From positions 62,001 through 126,000 of the forward strand of contig OZ287698.1 of the NCBI GenBank assembly GCA_965649825.1: a DNA stretch of 64,000 nt, read 5' to 3'. The notes under the pieces are model-generated. The model worked only from the letters and a program-made list of their open reading frames with translations. It made no database searches and had not been told where the DNA came from. This DNA is from Penicillus capitatus. Its lineage: Eukaryota; Plantae; Chlorophyta. The position numbers and the translations under genes are program-made. Shown here one piece after another: positions 1-13,855 of this stretch; the stretch's first letter is position 1, and every line of letters starts with the position of its first letter.

Positions 1-780
1 TGTGCAAACCCGCAACGATAAACACCGTTGTTAATCGTTGGATACACCCACGCATTCACTGCATCTATCTTTTCAGCCAGGTGCTCGGGGTAGAGATTCA
101 ATTCTGGATGTTTCGCCAAGTCATTGAAGGCAGAGTTGAACATACGTACAATCTCGGCGCTTTCATTGTTCACAATGCACTTCTTCTTTTTGTCCCACAA
201 CACAGGAACTGAGTACTTTCCTGCAGAAATCACTTAATCCATGAATAGATCTGTCATGACAGATATCCGACCTCCTGTGTCGTTACTCAACTCGTACAGA
301 TCTCTGATAAACTTGGCATCGTTGTTCGGATCGGGAATGCACCCTTCATTGTCGAACGATCCAAAGCCTTTTTGGTTCGGACCGGGTGGATCTGAAGGAT
401 CTTTGAAAGCCCAACCTGCATGCTCATCTTTATCTGGGCGCGTCTTCTGCCACACTGGATGTGTCACCGAGAGGCCGATGTGGTCCTCTAGCCCCTATGC
501 GTGCATACGACTGGCGTTCGCTCTCGGCATCGCATTGGAAACCTTGAGTGCACGAAAGGCGGCACAGCGACTCGCCCACGGACAGGCATAGGATATATAA
601 AGATGATAGCGTCCACCTGCAACGAGATCTCGCTCGATTTTCAAAAAAGAGGCGACGAGGCAGACTTTCGGGTTCGAATTCGCCTCCCTTCTCGATGACG
701 TTGCGATAAGCAGCGTCAACTCTTTTGAATTCTCCAGTCACGCTTGTCTCATCGAGTGCTGTGCGAACGGTCGCTGACAT
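1..780 (-). CDS. Glutathionyl-hydroquinone reductase / omega-like GST (YqjG/ECM4 family); multi-exon, 3' end outside the window
   Basis: Spliced motifs RYHLYISYACPWASR, SVPVLWDKK...IVNNESAEIVRMFN and NNGVYRCGF; GT-AG introns join the ORF fragments. Start at MSATVR (780); an upstream extension is possible. Confidence 0.92.
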
Positions 781-979
781 GACAACTTCTCGCCGTTTGG
801 ATAGCAAAGCGGTTTGAACGACGAAAACGGGACGACTGAGATGCAAAGCCGTCGTCTGAAATAGGCACCGCATAGAAGATCCCAGAAGCTGTTTGCTCTT
901 TAGCGAAGAGTGACGAGAACTTAACGTAAGAGTCACCTCATCGGTGTTTGTACGTTCGTGCCTTGTGTTGATGCATGGC

Positions 980-3062
<2,083 letters not shown>

Positions 3063-3120
3063 TGTAATGTGACGTGTCATTTCTCGTCAGCGCTGCGAGG
3101 GCGTCATTGACGTTGTCACC

Positions 3121-4518
3121 ATGAACACGGTATGTTCTTTCGGTTTCGCTCCCCGATCACATGCGCTGTCGCTCGGCGCAAGGACAGCGAAACGTTTCTC
3201 CTTGAACGGCAGTAGTGGACGCAGCAGGTCGTCGTCCTTGGTCGTTTCGGCGAAGAAGAAGAAGAAAGAGAGCATGGAAGCTGTAGAGAATGTGCTAAGA
3301 CGGACAGAAGAGATCCAGAAGCAGATGACCATGCTCAAATCGGAACTGATCGAGACTCAGGAGGCTGAACAGAAAAGGATGAAGGAGAACAGCGAGGTGA
3401 TGAATGCCGTGGCCGTTTTGCATTCGCTTGACGGGGCATTGACGATGTTGCTGGATCGACAAGAACGGTTCTTCAAAGAAGAGAGAGACTACTGGTTGGC
3501 TGAGAGAGGAGAATGGCAAAAACGCGAGTCTGAACTCAGAAGAGAGATTGCCCAGCTGAACGCGAAACTCTCGAGTCAAGCCCAGTCGCATTCTACAAAG
3601 CCGACGTCTTCATCCGAAGAGAAGATGAACTCGGTGAATACAGCCAAGGAAGCGGTGGAGGCGGTAGGCGATGTAGCCGAGAAGGTGAAGGCTTCTATTG
3701 GGTTGGCATTCGCAGCTGTCAATGCTGGAGATGTGTTGTCTGAAGACTATGAGAAACTGCTCCGTCCACCCTCCAACGGAAAAACTCTCCATGCGAATAG
3801 TCCTTCGACCGACAAGGAGGCAGATATTCCCGTAGAGACGGTCAAGAGTCCTCCCACGGGACCCCCACCGACCTTGGCGGTCGGAGATGATGATATCTAC
3901 TGGGTCAGCCAGTTGCAAGCAGCTCTCGGGAAGAAGGGATATTACTGTGGAGATGATGATGCGGAGGATTTCTATTTCGGCGAAGGGACCGTTTCTGCAT
4001 TGCTCACGTTTCAAGCATGCACGGGGCTCAAAGAAACAGGCACGACAGATGCAGTGACGTGGAAGGCATTGTTAGGTGAAGATATGAAACCCGTCGTCGG
4101 AGATGTCCATCCAGACAACACAGCATCGACAACGACCGATCAGAAGAATACCACTCCAACGGGAAATGATGAGGAACCGAAGGAATTTCCAGTTTTATCT
4201 GAGTTTGACGGTGGTAAAGAAGTGCACTGCTTTCAAGTCATGCTCGAGGTTGCTGGTTTTTCATGCGGAAAGGACGACATGATGTGGTGGCATTACGGCG
4301 ATGATACCATTGCTGCTATCAAGACATTTCAGGCATGTAACGGATTGCCACAGAGCGGTGTGGCAGACGCGCTTACATGGGAGAAGCTTGCTGGTGAAGG
4401 AAAGACGATGGACGATGTCTGCCGAGTCGTCGAGAAGGAACAGATCTACGAAGAAGACCTGACTAAATCTGATCGCGTGTGGTTGATGGGAGAACAAAGA
4501 TGGGAACGCAAACTGTGA
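3121..4518 (+). CDS. pTAC5-like plastid protein: transit peptide, coiled coil and two peptidoglycan-binding-like (PG_binding_1) domains; intronless
   Basis: Two repeats of (YW)VxxLQxxL..GF.CG.DD.....YG..T..A...FQACxGLxxTG..D..TW; C-terminal RVWLMGEQRWE resembles the pTAC5 RVFLLGENRWE motif. Confidence 0.8.
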   Translation: MNTVCSFGFAPRSHALSLGARTAKRFSLNGSSGRSRSSSLVVSAKKKKKESMEAVENVLRRTEEIQKQMTMLKSELIETQEAEQKRMKENSEVMNAVAVLHSLDGALTMLLDRQERFFKEERDYWLAERGEWQKRESELRREIAQLNAKLSSQAQSHSTKPTSSSEEKMNSVNTAKEAVEAVGDVAEKVKASIGLAFAAVNAGDVLSEDYEKLLRPPSNGKTLHANSPSTDKEADIPVETVKSPPTGPPPTLAVGDDDIYWVSQLQAALGKKGYYCGDDDAEDFYFGEGTVSALLTFQACTGLKETGTTDAVTWKALLGEDMKPVVGDVHPDNTASTTTDQKNTTPTGNDEEPKEFPVLSEFDGGKEVHCFQVMLEVAGFSCGKDDMMWWHYGDDTIAAIKTFQACNGLPQSGVADALTWEKLAGEGKTMDDVCRVVEKEQIYEEDLTKSDRVWLMGEQRWERKL

Positions 4519-4904
4519 GGCTTCACTCTAGAGCTCCCAATGGGAAGAGAATCCGCATACTTAACGTGGCAATGCGAGAAAACTTATGGGGAGTATATGT
4601 ACGCACTCGTGTGTGTCTGTGTAATGATCAATTATATCGCGTCGAGGCCATGGTACAGAGAGCACGTTCGTTCACTGCGTTGGCCAAGAAGGCGACGCCA
4701 AAAGACGGCGATTTTCTGCAGGAGTGATCCTCGGCAGTTGTACGGTGGTGCATACACGGCAGAGGACTCTCGTTGCAAACTCACGGTTGTTGTCTGCGAG
4801 AAGTCGTCGCTTTCAAGTCTGTTTTCGCGATTTTGCGTCGCCCTGAAGCAGCTTGCAACAGGTTTTGCAGAGATCTCGCAGAAAACGACCGTCATCACTG
4901 ATCA

Positions 4905-6333
4905 ATGGCGTCCCACTTTTGCAGCATGTCCATCTCCGAGTTTCATCTCGTGGTGCACAAAGAGATGGTCTGATACCAGGCATTGCGGCGGATACCTGAG
5001 GATCGAGGGAATCGGCCAGGGATTGCTGCAAAGGGAAAGACTGTTGTGGTATGGTTCACGAATGATCTGCGACTGCACGACAACGAGATGCTCAAAACAG
5101 CACAGAACGCAGCAACGCATATTCTTCCATTGTTTGTCTTCGATCCGCGCTGTTTTCAAAAGGTCACTCAGAAGCGAACAGAAAACATCCTGCCAATGAA
5201 AGATCGATAGGGCCGATCGGGTTTTACGAGAATGGGACCCGTAAAGGCGAAGTTCCTGATAGAATGCGTGCAGAATCTGAAGCGAAATCTGGAAGAGATC
5301 GGATCCAAACTGTTCGTCAGATTGGGTCGGCCAGAAGAGATTCTACCATCCGTTGTCAGACAGATCGGCGCTTCGGATGTTTTCTGCCAAGATCAAACGG
5401 ATCATCAAGACATTCAGGTCAGGATCGTATATCTCCCTTCGATCTGTCACGAGCGTTCCTTTGCTCCTTGTGTGTTTTTAGACGCAGAAATCAGTGGCAG
5501 AGGTTCTAGAAGGCGTAGGTGCCCGTCTCCGCAGTGTTTGGGGATCGACGTTGCATCATGCAGATGATCTGCCATTCACTGTCAACGATCCGCCACTGCA
5601 CTTCGGTTCGATGCTTCGTTTCTAGATTACACAATGTCCTTGCAAATCGATATAGACTCTTTTCAAAAACAATTGGAATCTATCAAAGTAAGACGTCCTT
5701 CTGAGAGAATTGAGAAACTGGGAAAGCTGCCAACAACAACAAGGTGAACATGCTGTACGACTCTTTCTACCTGTGTTCAGTCTCCTGACTCCAGTCTGGA
5801 AGAACAACAGATCCCAGATTTGAAGCGTCTGGGCTTCTCGGACGTCCCACTGTCCAAAGCGTTCTCTGCCGATATGCTCGGTGGCGAATCTGAAGCACTG
5901 AAGCGACTGGGAAAGCTGTCATCGTCATCGGCGCATCAAGTTTCACTCTTGTCGATCTGGCTGGTAGATTCAAATTCGAAGATTACGGTGAAATGGCTAC
6001 ATTGTGTATCAATAGAAAGCGGGTTGTCTCTCACCTCGTCTGTTATATCACACATTTAATGGACAACATGACGAAGAATCCCCACCATTCCCACACATTA
6101 AAAAGAAAGGTGTTTATTGGATGTTTCTTTACGAACGAACGAACGAACGAACGAGATGAAAGGGTGTTGCTGTTGTTGTTTGTCCAGGTAAAAGGTGTGC
6201 ATTGTTATTGGAGCTACTGTGGCACGATTTTTATCGCTTTTCTATTCGAAAACAGGCATGGAGGAGGAAGAAGGCAATGGTGGTGGAGGCGTCCACTTCT
6301 TCTTTCAAGGGCTGTTGTCATGTCGTCTGTTAG
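4905..6333 (+). CDS. PHR2-like photolyase/cryptochrome-family protein (N-terminal photolyase domain, FAD-binding domain truncated)
   Basis: VVWFTNDLRLHDNE, LPLFVFDPR, AKFLIECVQNLKRNL, GGESEALKRL; splicing restores SIWL|KAGCLSPR and LELLWHDFYRF, then a stop at 6333. Start uncertain. Confidence 0.8.
6131..6154 (+). repeat. (ACGA)6 microsatellite inside the last intron of the PHR2-like gene
   Basis: Directly visible: acgaacgaacgaacgaacgaacga. Confidence 0.9.
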
Positions 6334-6700
6334 CTTCCATTGCATCTCAGAGAACACAGATCTACACAAAAGCAACATCACTTTTAAGTTTATTGTCCCT
6401 CTCATTATTCAATGTTAAGAGACTTTGGACAGAACCCGTTTCGGGGGACATACTTGGCACATTACGTAAGTTTGACGATGATGACAACGACGACAAGGAC
6501 GAGAAATCAAATACAGGCCCAAAGAAGAACACTAATGAAAGCAGAACATTGACGCATAAGCAACAAAGCAGCAGTGATTCACTGAGTAGGCATAACAACG
6601 GCGACGGCAACAACAGTAACAACAGATATATAGCTAACAGCAGCCATGCGTAAGTAATATTACAGGTGGCGATGACATGATCAATCGATCGATCGATCTT

Positions 6701-9700
6701 CTACGTTGCTCGTAATAACACACCCACATCATAGTCTCTGGCAATCTGCCTCCATCCTGATTGTACTGCCTCGGCACGAAGAATGAGTCTTCGGTACAGT
6801 TTTGCTGAGTGTAGACGTTTTCCGATGCCTTTCTGTGAAACAGTGATCGTCACTTTTTCTGTGGCGCCCACAGCCAAGAGGAATGTGCGAGGCATGACAT
6901 CCAGCCATCCAGGCACATGTCGATTGGCGTTTTCTGCCTCTTCCGTAAACAATGCCACCTTTACCACTTTGTCGCTTCGATTCTGGACGTCCACGGACTG
7001 CTGTCCATCTCCAATGAACTCAAGGAATTTCGGATGCAGCTGGAGAGCAACTTTGGGCAGTGTGTCACTCATATCCTTGCGCAGAATATTGAACGACAGG
7101 TCTCGCATTTTCTCTTGAATGAATGCAGGAAAGTGGACATTCAGCAAACACCATACGGGTTTGTGATCTGAATCCGCCACCTCCATACAGGCGTTATAGA
7201 CTTCACAAGAGACAATGATATCATCTGGATCGTGGGCAGATGTATTGGGCGCCGCCGCACGGTCAAGAAAATTGACATGCTGAGGACTGTCTAATGGCAT
7301 GAGTGGTGTCTGTTCATCGCAGCTGGGAAAGTGTTCGTCCTCATCTTCAAGATCGAGAAATGGCTTTGAACCGCGGAAGAAAATGCGATCGGTCCAGGCA
7401 GGAACACGTTTCTTTTCACTGGAATCGTACCCTCCTCCAGGTCCTTTGTCAAACTTGTATGTCGGATTGAATTGAATGCGACCTTCCCTCAAGCCAACAA
7501 ATACCTTTTTCTCTTTCATTTGTGCTCGACACTGATCCAGACGAAGCAGCAGGGCAGCTTTGTCCTCTTTGATACGACCAATGGCATCTTCATAGTTCGT
7601 CTGAAGACGGTAATTGAAATCTCCCATCCAGACCAAGAGCTCTGCTTGCTGCAATCCACTGCTCACTTCCGTTTCGCCTGTCTCTTGCTCGAGGGATTTG
7701 AAGGAATCGAATCGGTCGTCATCTGTAAAGCTGTACTTTGGAGTGGGAGCCGCCATCCTTTGAGGCTGCACCATTAATGTACTGAACATATCTTTCTCTT
7801 TGGCAAAAGACAGCCCTTGGTTAATGCTGCGATAGTCATTGTTTCTCTTGGCAATGTTTTCTTTGTGTGCGGCAAAGTGTGCGGCAACGACAGTGACACG
7901 CCGCCGATAGAGTGAGAATGTAATGGCCACTCCGCCTTTGTTGCTTCCCACGCCCATGACTCCTGTTCCCACATGGGCAGTGCCCACATTGCCAACATAT
8001 TTCATCAGTTTTTGTCGGGCAAACACGTAAATAATGATCCCTGACATCTGCCGAAGGGCCACCCGCTTCCATCTTCGCTCAAAGATGCTGTTGGTTTCAC
8101 GGAGAGCGTGCTCGAATTCATCTGCCCACCAATTTGCCGTCGCTGAGCCCTTATCTGAATTAGACTTTGCATATTTGCCGATGGCCATTGTCCTTGCCAC
8201 ACTGCCCGTGCCTTCAACCTCCTGTAGACCCAGGACCACAATATCACATTCCTTTAGCTGACCATGACTGCACAGCCACGTGCGCAAAGACGATTCTGGT
8301 GGACGAGCTTGATTGACATTCCACGTGCCACACAGGATTTTGAATTTGTGAGGTACAGTCACATCTTTGATGCATGACATGAATTTCTGCCACGAGAGTG
8401 AATCCAGAGCTGGATGTGGAATGCCACGAGACCAACCTTCAAGCACAAACAAACACAGGGAGAGATGGATATCTTTGTTGTAACAGCAGTACCCTTGATC
8501 GATCCATCGGCAGCCAGAGAATAGACCAATGGTCCGAGTATGGTCATATCTATCACTGTTGTTTCGTGCGCTGACCAGTACTTCAGCTTGTTGAAGACCT
8601 GGTCGAAGACGACAATGCACCCATCATTAAGACCAACCCACATGCGATCATCAACGACACAGAGACACGACAAGCCACAAGAAAACACACATCGATCCTT
8701 TAATTGGCCATTCCATGAAAAACGTTCCAGATGTCCTTGCTTGTAGCCAACCCAAATCGTCCGATCCAACATTGGCGCCAATGCTTGTATTGGACTGAGT
8801 GTGATTTCTTCATCCGGAGCATGAGGCATCACAAACGTTGTCTGCAGCAGCGGCAGCACAGCCAAAGAATTAGCAAGAGGGCGATGGGGATGATGATGAT
8901 GATGTCCATACCTTTCCAGTGAACTGTTTTCCTATCCTCTTTCGGCCTTTGCCCAGAATTCGAGCCATCCTTCCAACCGCCACTTTTAACCCAGCTGTAC
9001 CAGCATCCATTTCAGAGTCCTCGTGCTCCATCGGTGTACGAATGCCAAATCGCTGAGCGCTGGCAATACGTCCATCTGCGTCCAGATCAAGTCCCCGAGT
9101 CGGATTGATGCGTTGCTGACGATCGGGAAAGGGTGGTGTGCCAAGAAACTCAATGGAGGCTCTATCCGTCTCAATACGGCCTAAGAACGATCCACTGTAT
9201 GCCTCCCAGATAGAAATATTGTTCTGTCCAGCAGTCCACACGACACTGCCACATGATGCGACAACAATGGCCTTGACGCCGCCGTGTGGTTTATCACCCC
9301 CAGGGCGTTTCAGTGGCATGCTTGTCGGCAGCTTGCCAACAGACACCTCGTGCCAGATGCGGACGGATCCACGTGAGCTGCCTGTCCACAGATCGCCCCA
9401 CATCGTCATGGCGATGGCATCAATAGAGCCATGCTTATGTGCTTTCCACTGATAAGCGCATTTAGTCAAGGGAATGGGTTCCTTTCCAACATAATGCATT
9501 TCGACAAACGAATCGTCAAAACCTAAAAGCAGAAGAGATGTGACGGATGCTGTCCATCCACTGCGAAGGCCGTGCCAAGAAAGAGATATCCTGATTGTTC
9601 ATGGACCAACATTGATGTGACTTTTCCATTAGCTTGATAGTGACTTGGAGGAATCTCAGAACAGATGGCACTGTCCACGTCTTCACTGTCAAGTCTACCT

Positions 9701-11192
9701 TCATCGAACAAAACCTCAAATCCACGACAACCTGTGATCGTAAGTTCACTTTTTGACACGTCCGTCAAATGCCCCTTGCGGATCATCTTGAATTCTGAGG
9801 TACTGTAGAACGCCGTTCTTTAGTGAAGGGGCCGCAATCAGCGATCCATTAACGCCAATCAGTTTCCGAGGATTAGCTGCTTCTTTCGATTTCAGTGGTG
9901 CCAGACGGGTCTGCACCGATACGAGACATGCCTTGGCAGGGACATCATCGAGCAGCCCACTATCTGACAGTTCCGTGGAGTAAGCAACATCGAGACTGAT
10001 GTCTTGCGTCAGCAAAGTGGGCCGTACAGAGATCGAACCGCCCCCTCCGTTCTCGGCGCCCCACTCCAAAGACATTCCCGCCGGCGCAACAGGAAGACTG
10101 TATGCACGTGTCTGTTGGTCCGAAAAGGATGAGCTGGATGAGGAACCGTCGTCTTCTGCATTGAACGGCGGATCTTCGTTCTGAGATACAGGCGCTTCGA
10201 GCGGAGTGATCCGTGGAGCAGGATACGGAAACGGCTGACTGATGGCACGGTTCACGATTTCGGATGTCACCTGACACTGATTCTACACAGCACACATGGA
10301 CGACATCATATCCTCCTCCAACGCCTGCCTGCCACTCAGCACCGACCTGAAGCACGGCGACGATCTTCAAAGCGTTGGAGAACTGCGTTTTGTTCATGAA
10401 ATGCTCTCCACAGGGAACACTGTACATCCACATCTGCAAACACCGACCGGCCGCCATTGCTCATTTCTGTTACCCAATGGACACAGCCGTGGCACACCTT
10501 TGACAGTTCTTCTGTGGGAAGACCTGTGCGCGTGAAGAACGACACGGCTTCAGTACCGTCGAGATATCCATCCCGATTGGCATCGGCTTCCCGGAACCAC
10601 ACATCCACCTGTTCCTTCCAAATGGCCTCCTGTACGTTTCCAAAGGGATTCAAATCTGGTTGTCGTATGCCGATGGGCGTTGTCTACAGATCATCGGTCA
10701 ATCGGCAGAAGCAGAGAGGGACAGTGCATGGACGGACCCCCATCGATGAGGATTTGTTCCACACCGGCAATTGCTGTTCAGAACTGCCGCTCTGCGATGC
10801 CATCTTCATCCCTCTGTTCTGTGGATAGGCCATCATCCTCTCATCTCTTCCTTCGGAGGAGAATCTCTTTGTTAACTCCACTGGCAACAAGTCCTGTAAC
10901 CCACAGCTTCGCAGCAGCTTCGGCATGCAGATATCCACACTTTAAACGTGTCTGCACCCAACCCTGTCTGTGCTCTCTCCGACTTTAGAGGAGTCCGCAC
11001 AGTCGTGCTTTGCATGACACGAGCTGGAGATTTTGCCCATGACGCTCGTCGTGTCTCGTTTTGGAAGTCGACGGTCGTCAAGTCCCCACGTTGACTGTCT
11101 GGACCCCGGACGGCGTTGCGTTTTAAGTCGACATACTGAAAACCGCTCTTAGTGCCTTCCGCCGACTCTGCAGACACGTTTCGATCTCCCAT
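6701..11192 (-). CDS. EH domain + WD40 + type II inositol polyphosphate 5-phosphatase + C-terminal Ig/MSP-like domain (one spliced gene inferred)
   Basis: 5-phosphatase motifs GTWNVNQ, VVLGLQE, WMGDFNYRL, PAWTDRIFF, SDHKPV; WD40 WKAH..GSIDAI..WGDLWTGSS; EH domain WFREADANRDGYLDGTEAVSFFTRTGLPTEELSK. Phase-compatible introns join the exons from ATG 11192. Confidence 0.85.
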
Positions 11193-11447
11193 AGGGTGCG
11201 ACGCCCCGAAAGAACACCACAAAACCGTAAAACGCTGAAGCTATTCTCAGTAGACGTTTCACAAAGCGATGAACACTTCCAATGAAAACAATGAGCTCCA
11301 ACGACTGAAACGAGAGCGGGGTACGAAAGTGAAAGATGAGGTGAAAGCTTTAGCGTGTCATTTCAACAAGAGGAATGGCACATCTTGCAGTTCGGTTCCG
11401 TTCACAATGACAAGACGGACGGGCAAACAACACATGCGATGGATAGA

Positions 11448-13374
11448 CTACACATCATCGATCCGCCGCCGAGCAGCTCTGTCCACGTTCCTCGTCACAC
11501 GAGCAGTTTCGACGACCGAAGCTGGCAGCAGACGAACGAGCTGTGGCCAGCAATACAGTAGTCTCTTCGTCACAAGCGTCACGCATTGTGCATCCGCGCC
11601 ATCAGAGATCATGGTATTGAAGATCTTCACTGCTTTCTCCCACTCTCCCGTCTTCTCAATGGCGTTGATGAGTCCCAGATAGATGTAGTGGTTTGCTCGA
11701 ATGCCTTCGCTCTGCATCTGTTCGTACAGCGCCAAGGCCTCCTTCAGTTGTCCGTTACGCCCACAGGCAGAGATAATGGAGGAGTAGGTCACGACGTCGG
11801 GCTGCAGCTGGTGATGTGACAGAGACTTGAATATATGTAGAGCGGCTTCCCAATCGCCTCCTCTTCCGAGGCAGGTAATCAGAGCATTGTAGCAGATGAG
11901 ATTGGGCTTCACTCCAGCCAACTGCAGTTCTCTGAATATCTCTAATCCCAGTTTGTGTTTCTGCCCCTTTTGACAGGCGACGATAAGAGATGACAGCGTC
12001 ACGGAATCGAGTCTCATGTTTTTCTTTTGCATAGCTCTGAGCAGATCTACTGCTTCATCTACTCTGCCTTGCTTGGCACAGACGGCGATCATTGTGTTGA
12101 ATGTGTAATGGTTTGGCTGAATGGTGGAGTCCTCTCTTTGACTGATCTTCAGCATCATATCAAAGATCTCCACAGCACGATCGTATTGTCTGCATCGGTT
12201 GCAGGCACTGATTATCGTGTTGTACGTAACGCTGCACGGTTGGATGCCATTTTTCAGCATGCTCTGGAAGACGGACCATGCCTGAATCCATGCATGCCCA
12301 TTTGCACAGGCAGCAATTAATGTATTGTATGCTTGACGATCTGCCTGGATGCCATCCGACTCCATTTTTTCAAAGATATGGAAGGCCTCTCTCCATTTAC
12401 CCTGCTTCTGCAGTGCACCCATCACAGTTGTATAGGACACACAGTTTGGCTTCACGCCAGACTGCTCCATCATCTTAAACGTATCCATGACTGCTTTCAA
12501 GTCTCCCACGGCAGCACCGACATTGATCAGTGCTGTGTATGTCACCACATCAGGCAACAGCGAATTCGAACAGAGCTCATCAAATAGCTTGATAGCGCGT
12601 GGGAGATCTTTGGCTTTGACACACGCACTGATGGCAGAGTTGTAGGCAATGTTGTCCAGTCCACCAGTGTTGTGTTTCATTTCTTCAAAGAGTTGCATGA
12701 CATGTCTTGTATCAGATCCGTTGCGGGAAAACACATTGATCAGACTGGTGTACAGGCGTTTGTCCCTTGTCAACGATGGTTTTTTCTTCTGTAAGTAACG
12801 AAATGTTTCCAGGGCTCGGTATCTCTTTCCACGTCGATCCAGGATATCGATCAATTCGAGTAGATCCAGAAAGGAGAGCTGCATTCGGCATAGGGTCCTG
12901 TCCAATGATGCTGTGGAAGGAAGGTCCACGATTTCATCTGCCCATATACTGAGCGGCGATCGTGTTTGATCAGCGATGTCTTCCTGGTCATGTGGTTGAT
13001 AGAATTGCTCCGTGGAGACTTGCAGGGACGTCGAAATGGCTGAAGAGAAAGCGGGCTGCAAAAAACAGATCCCTTGAGCAGAAGACAGCCAGTATGTGGC
13101 AATGATGTGTACCTGCGTGACAGTTTCGCGGCAGGGCGTCTTCGGTGAAGGCACATCTTTGAGTGCTTTGTTCTGGACCTGAACGAGAAGGGACTCATGG
13201 AGAAGACAAGACGAACGAGAAGCGTGTTTCGTTGCGCACTTTGTCTGGTTTGCGGTTCTTCGCTGTTCTTGAGACGACGGATCGAGACGACGCTATCGTC
13301 GAAAGCGCCGTCTTTATCCACCATCTCAATGCGGACCCCGTCGAACCCGAGATGACAGGACGTGAGATCTGCAT
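11448..13374 (-). CDS. Pentatricopeptide repeat (P-class PPR) protein, probably organelle-targeted
   Basis: About 10 tandem 35-aa repeats (YNSAISAC, YTALINVG, YTTVMGAL, YNTLIAAC, YNALITCL, YSSIISAC); short 5' exons inferred. Confidence 0.93.
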
Positions 13375-13855
13375 CGAGAATTCTCGCACGCGCTATGTCC
13401 CTATGGACTAGATCAAATGCATAGTTTTAAGAAGGCGTGTCGACGACTATTGAATAGAAAATCTCTTAAGGGAAGGTAGCCAGTCACTCCATCTGTTTCA
13501 GACCACGAATTGACTCGCTTCATCATCAAGGGAGCAAGGGGAAATGTTTTCAGTATCTCTGGGTCTGTCATCTTATACGCTCCTGTGCGTTTCGTCGCCT
13601 CGCTTTCTTTTCAGTGTATTGATCTTTCGCGTTTCTTTACTCCGAAACCTATAGAGAGATAGGCGTGCTGCTCAGTGTCGACTTCCGCACACATAGAGAA
13701 AGTCCAACCGTCCACCATCTCGATTTCGTGCAAGGAAATGGCACTTCAGAATCGACGTTTCATAATGCATCGCATCACGAACCGTCTTTTCAACGGCGAA
13801 CAGACAACTGCCGTCGCCTTCGAAGATGAAGAGAGAATGCGAATGGCGCATATGA

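Noticed and set aside
4540-5199. 219-aa ORF upstream of and overlapping the PHR2-like gene
   Set aside because: No motif; it overlaps the photolyase exon out of frame; most likely a chance ORF.
6060-6300. Apparent similarity between 6060-6300 and the reverse complement of 40780-41110 (gcaatggtggtgg, ACGA/ACAA repeats), suggesting a dispersed repeat
   Set aside because: 6060-6333 turned out to be PHR2-like exons and an intron; the matches are short and low-complexity.
6195-6653. 152-aa Asn/Asp-rich ORF
   Set aside because: Its first part overlaps the real PHR2 last exon in another frame, and the rest is low-complexity sequence between convergent genes.
9733-9760. Ultra-short (28 nt) intron in the 5-phosphatase gene
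   Set aside because: A same-phase acceptor about 33 nt further on gives an ordinary intron of about 60 nt, so tiny introns cannot be claimed without reads.
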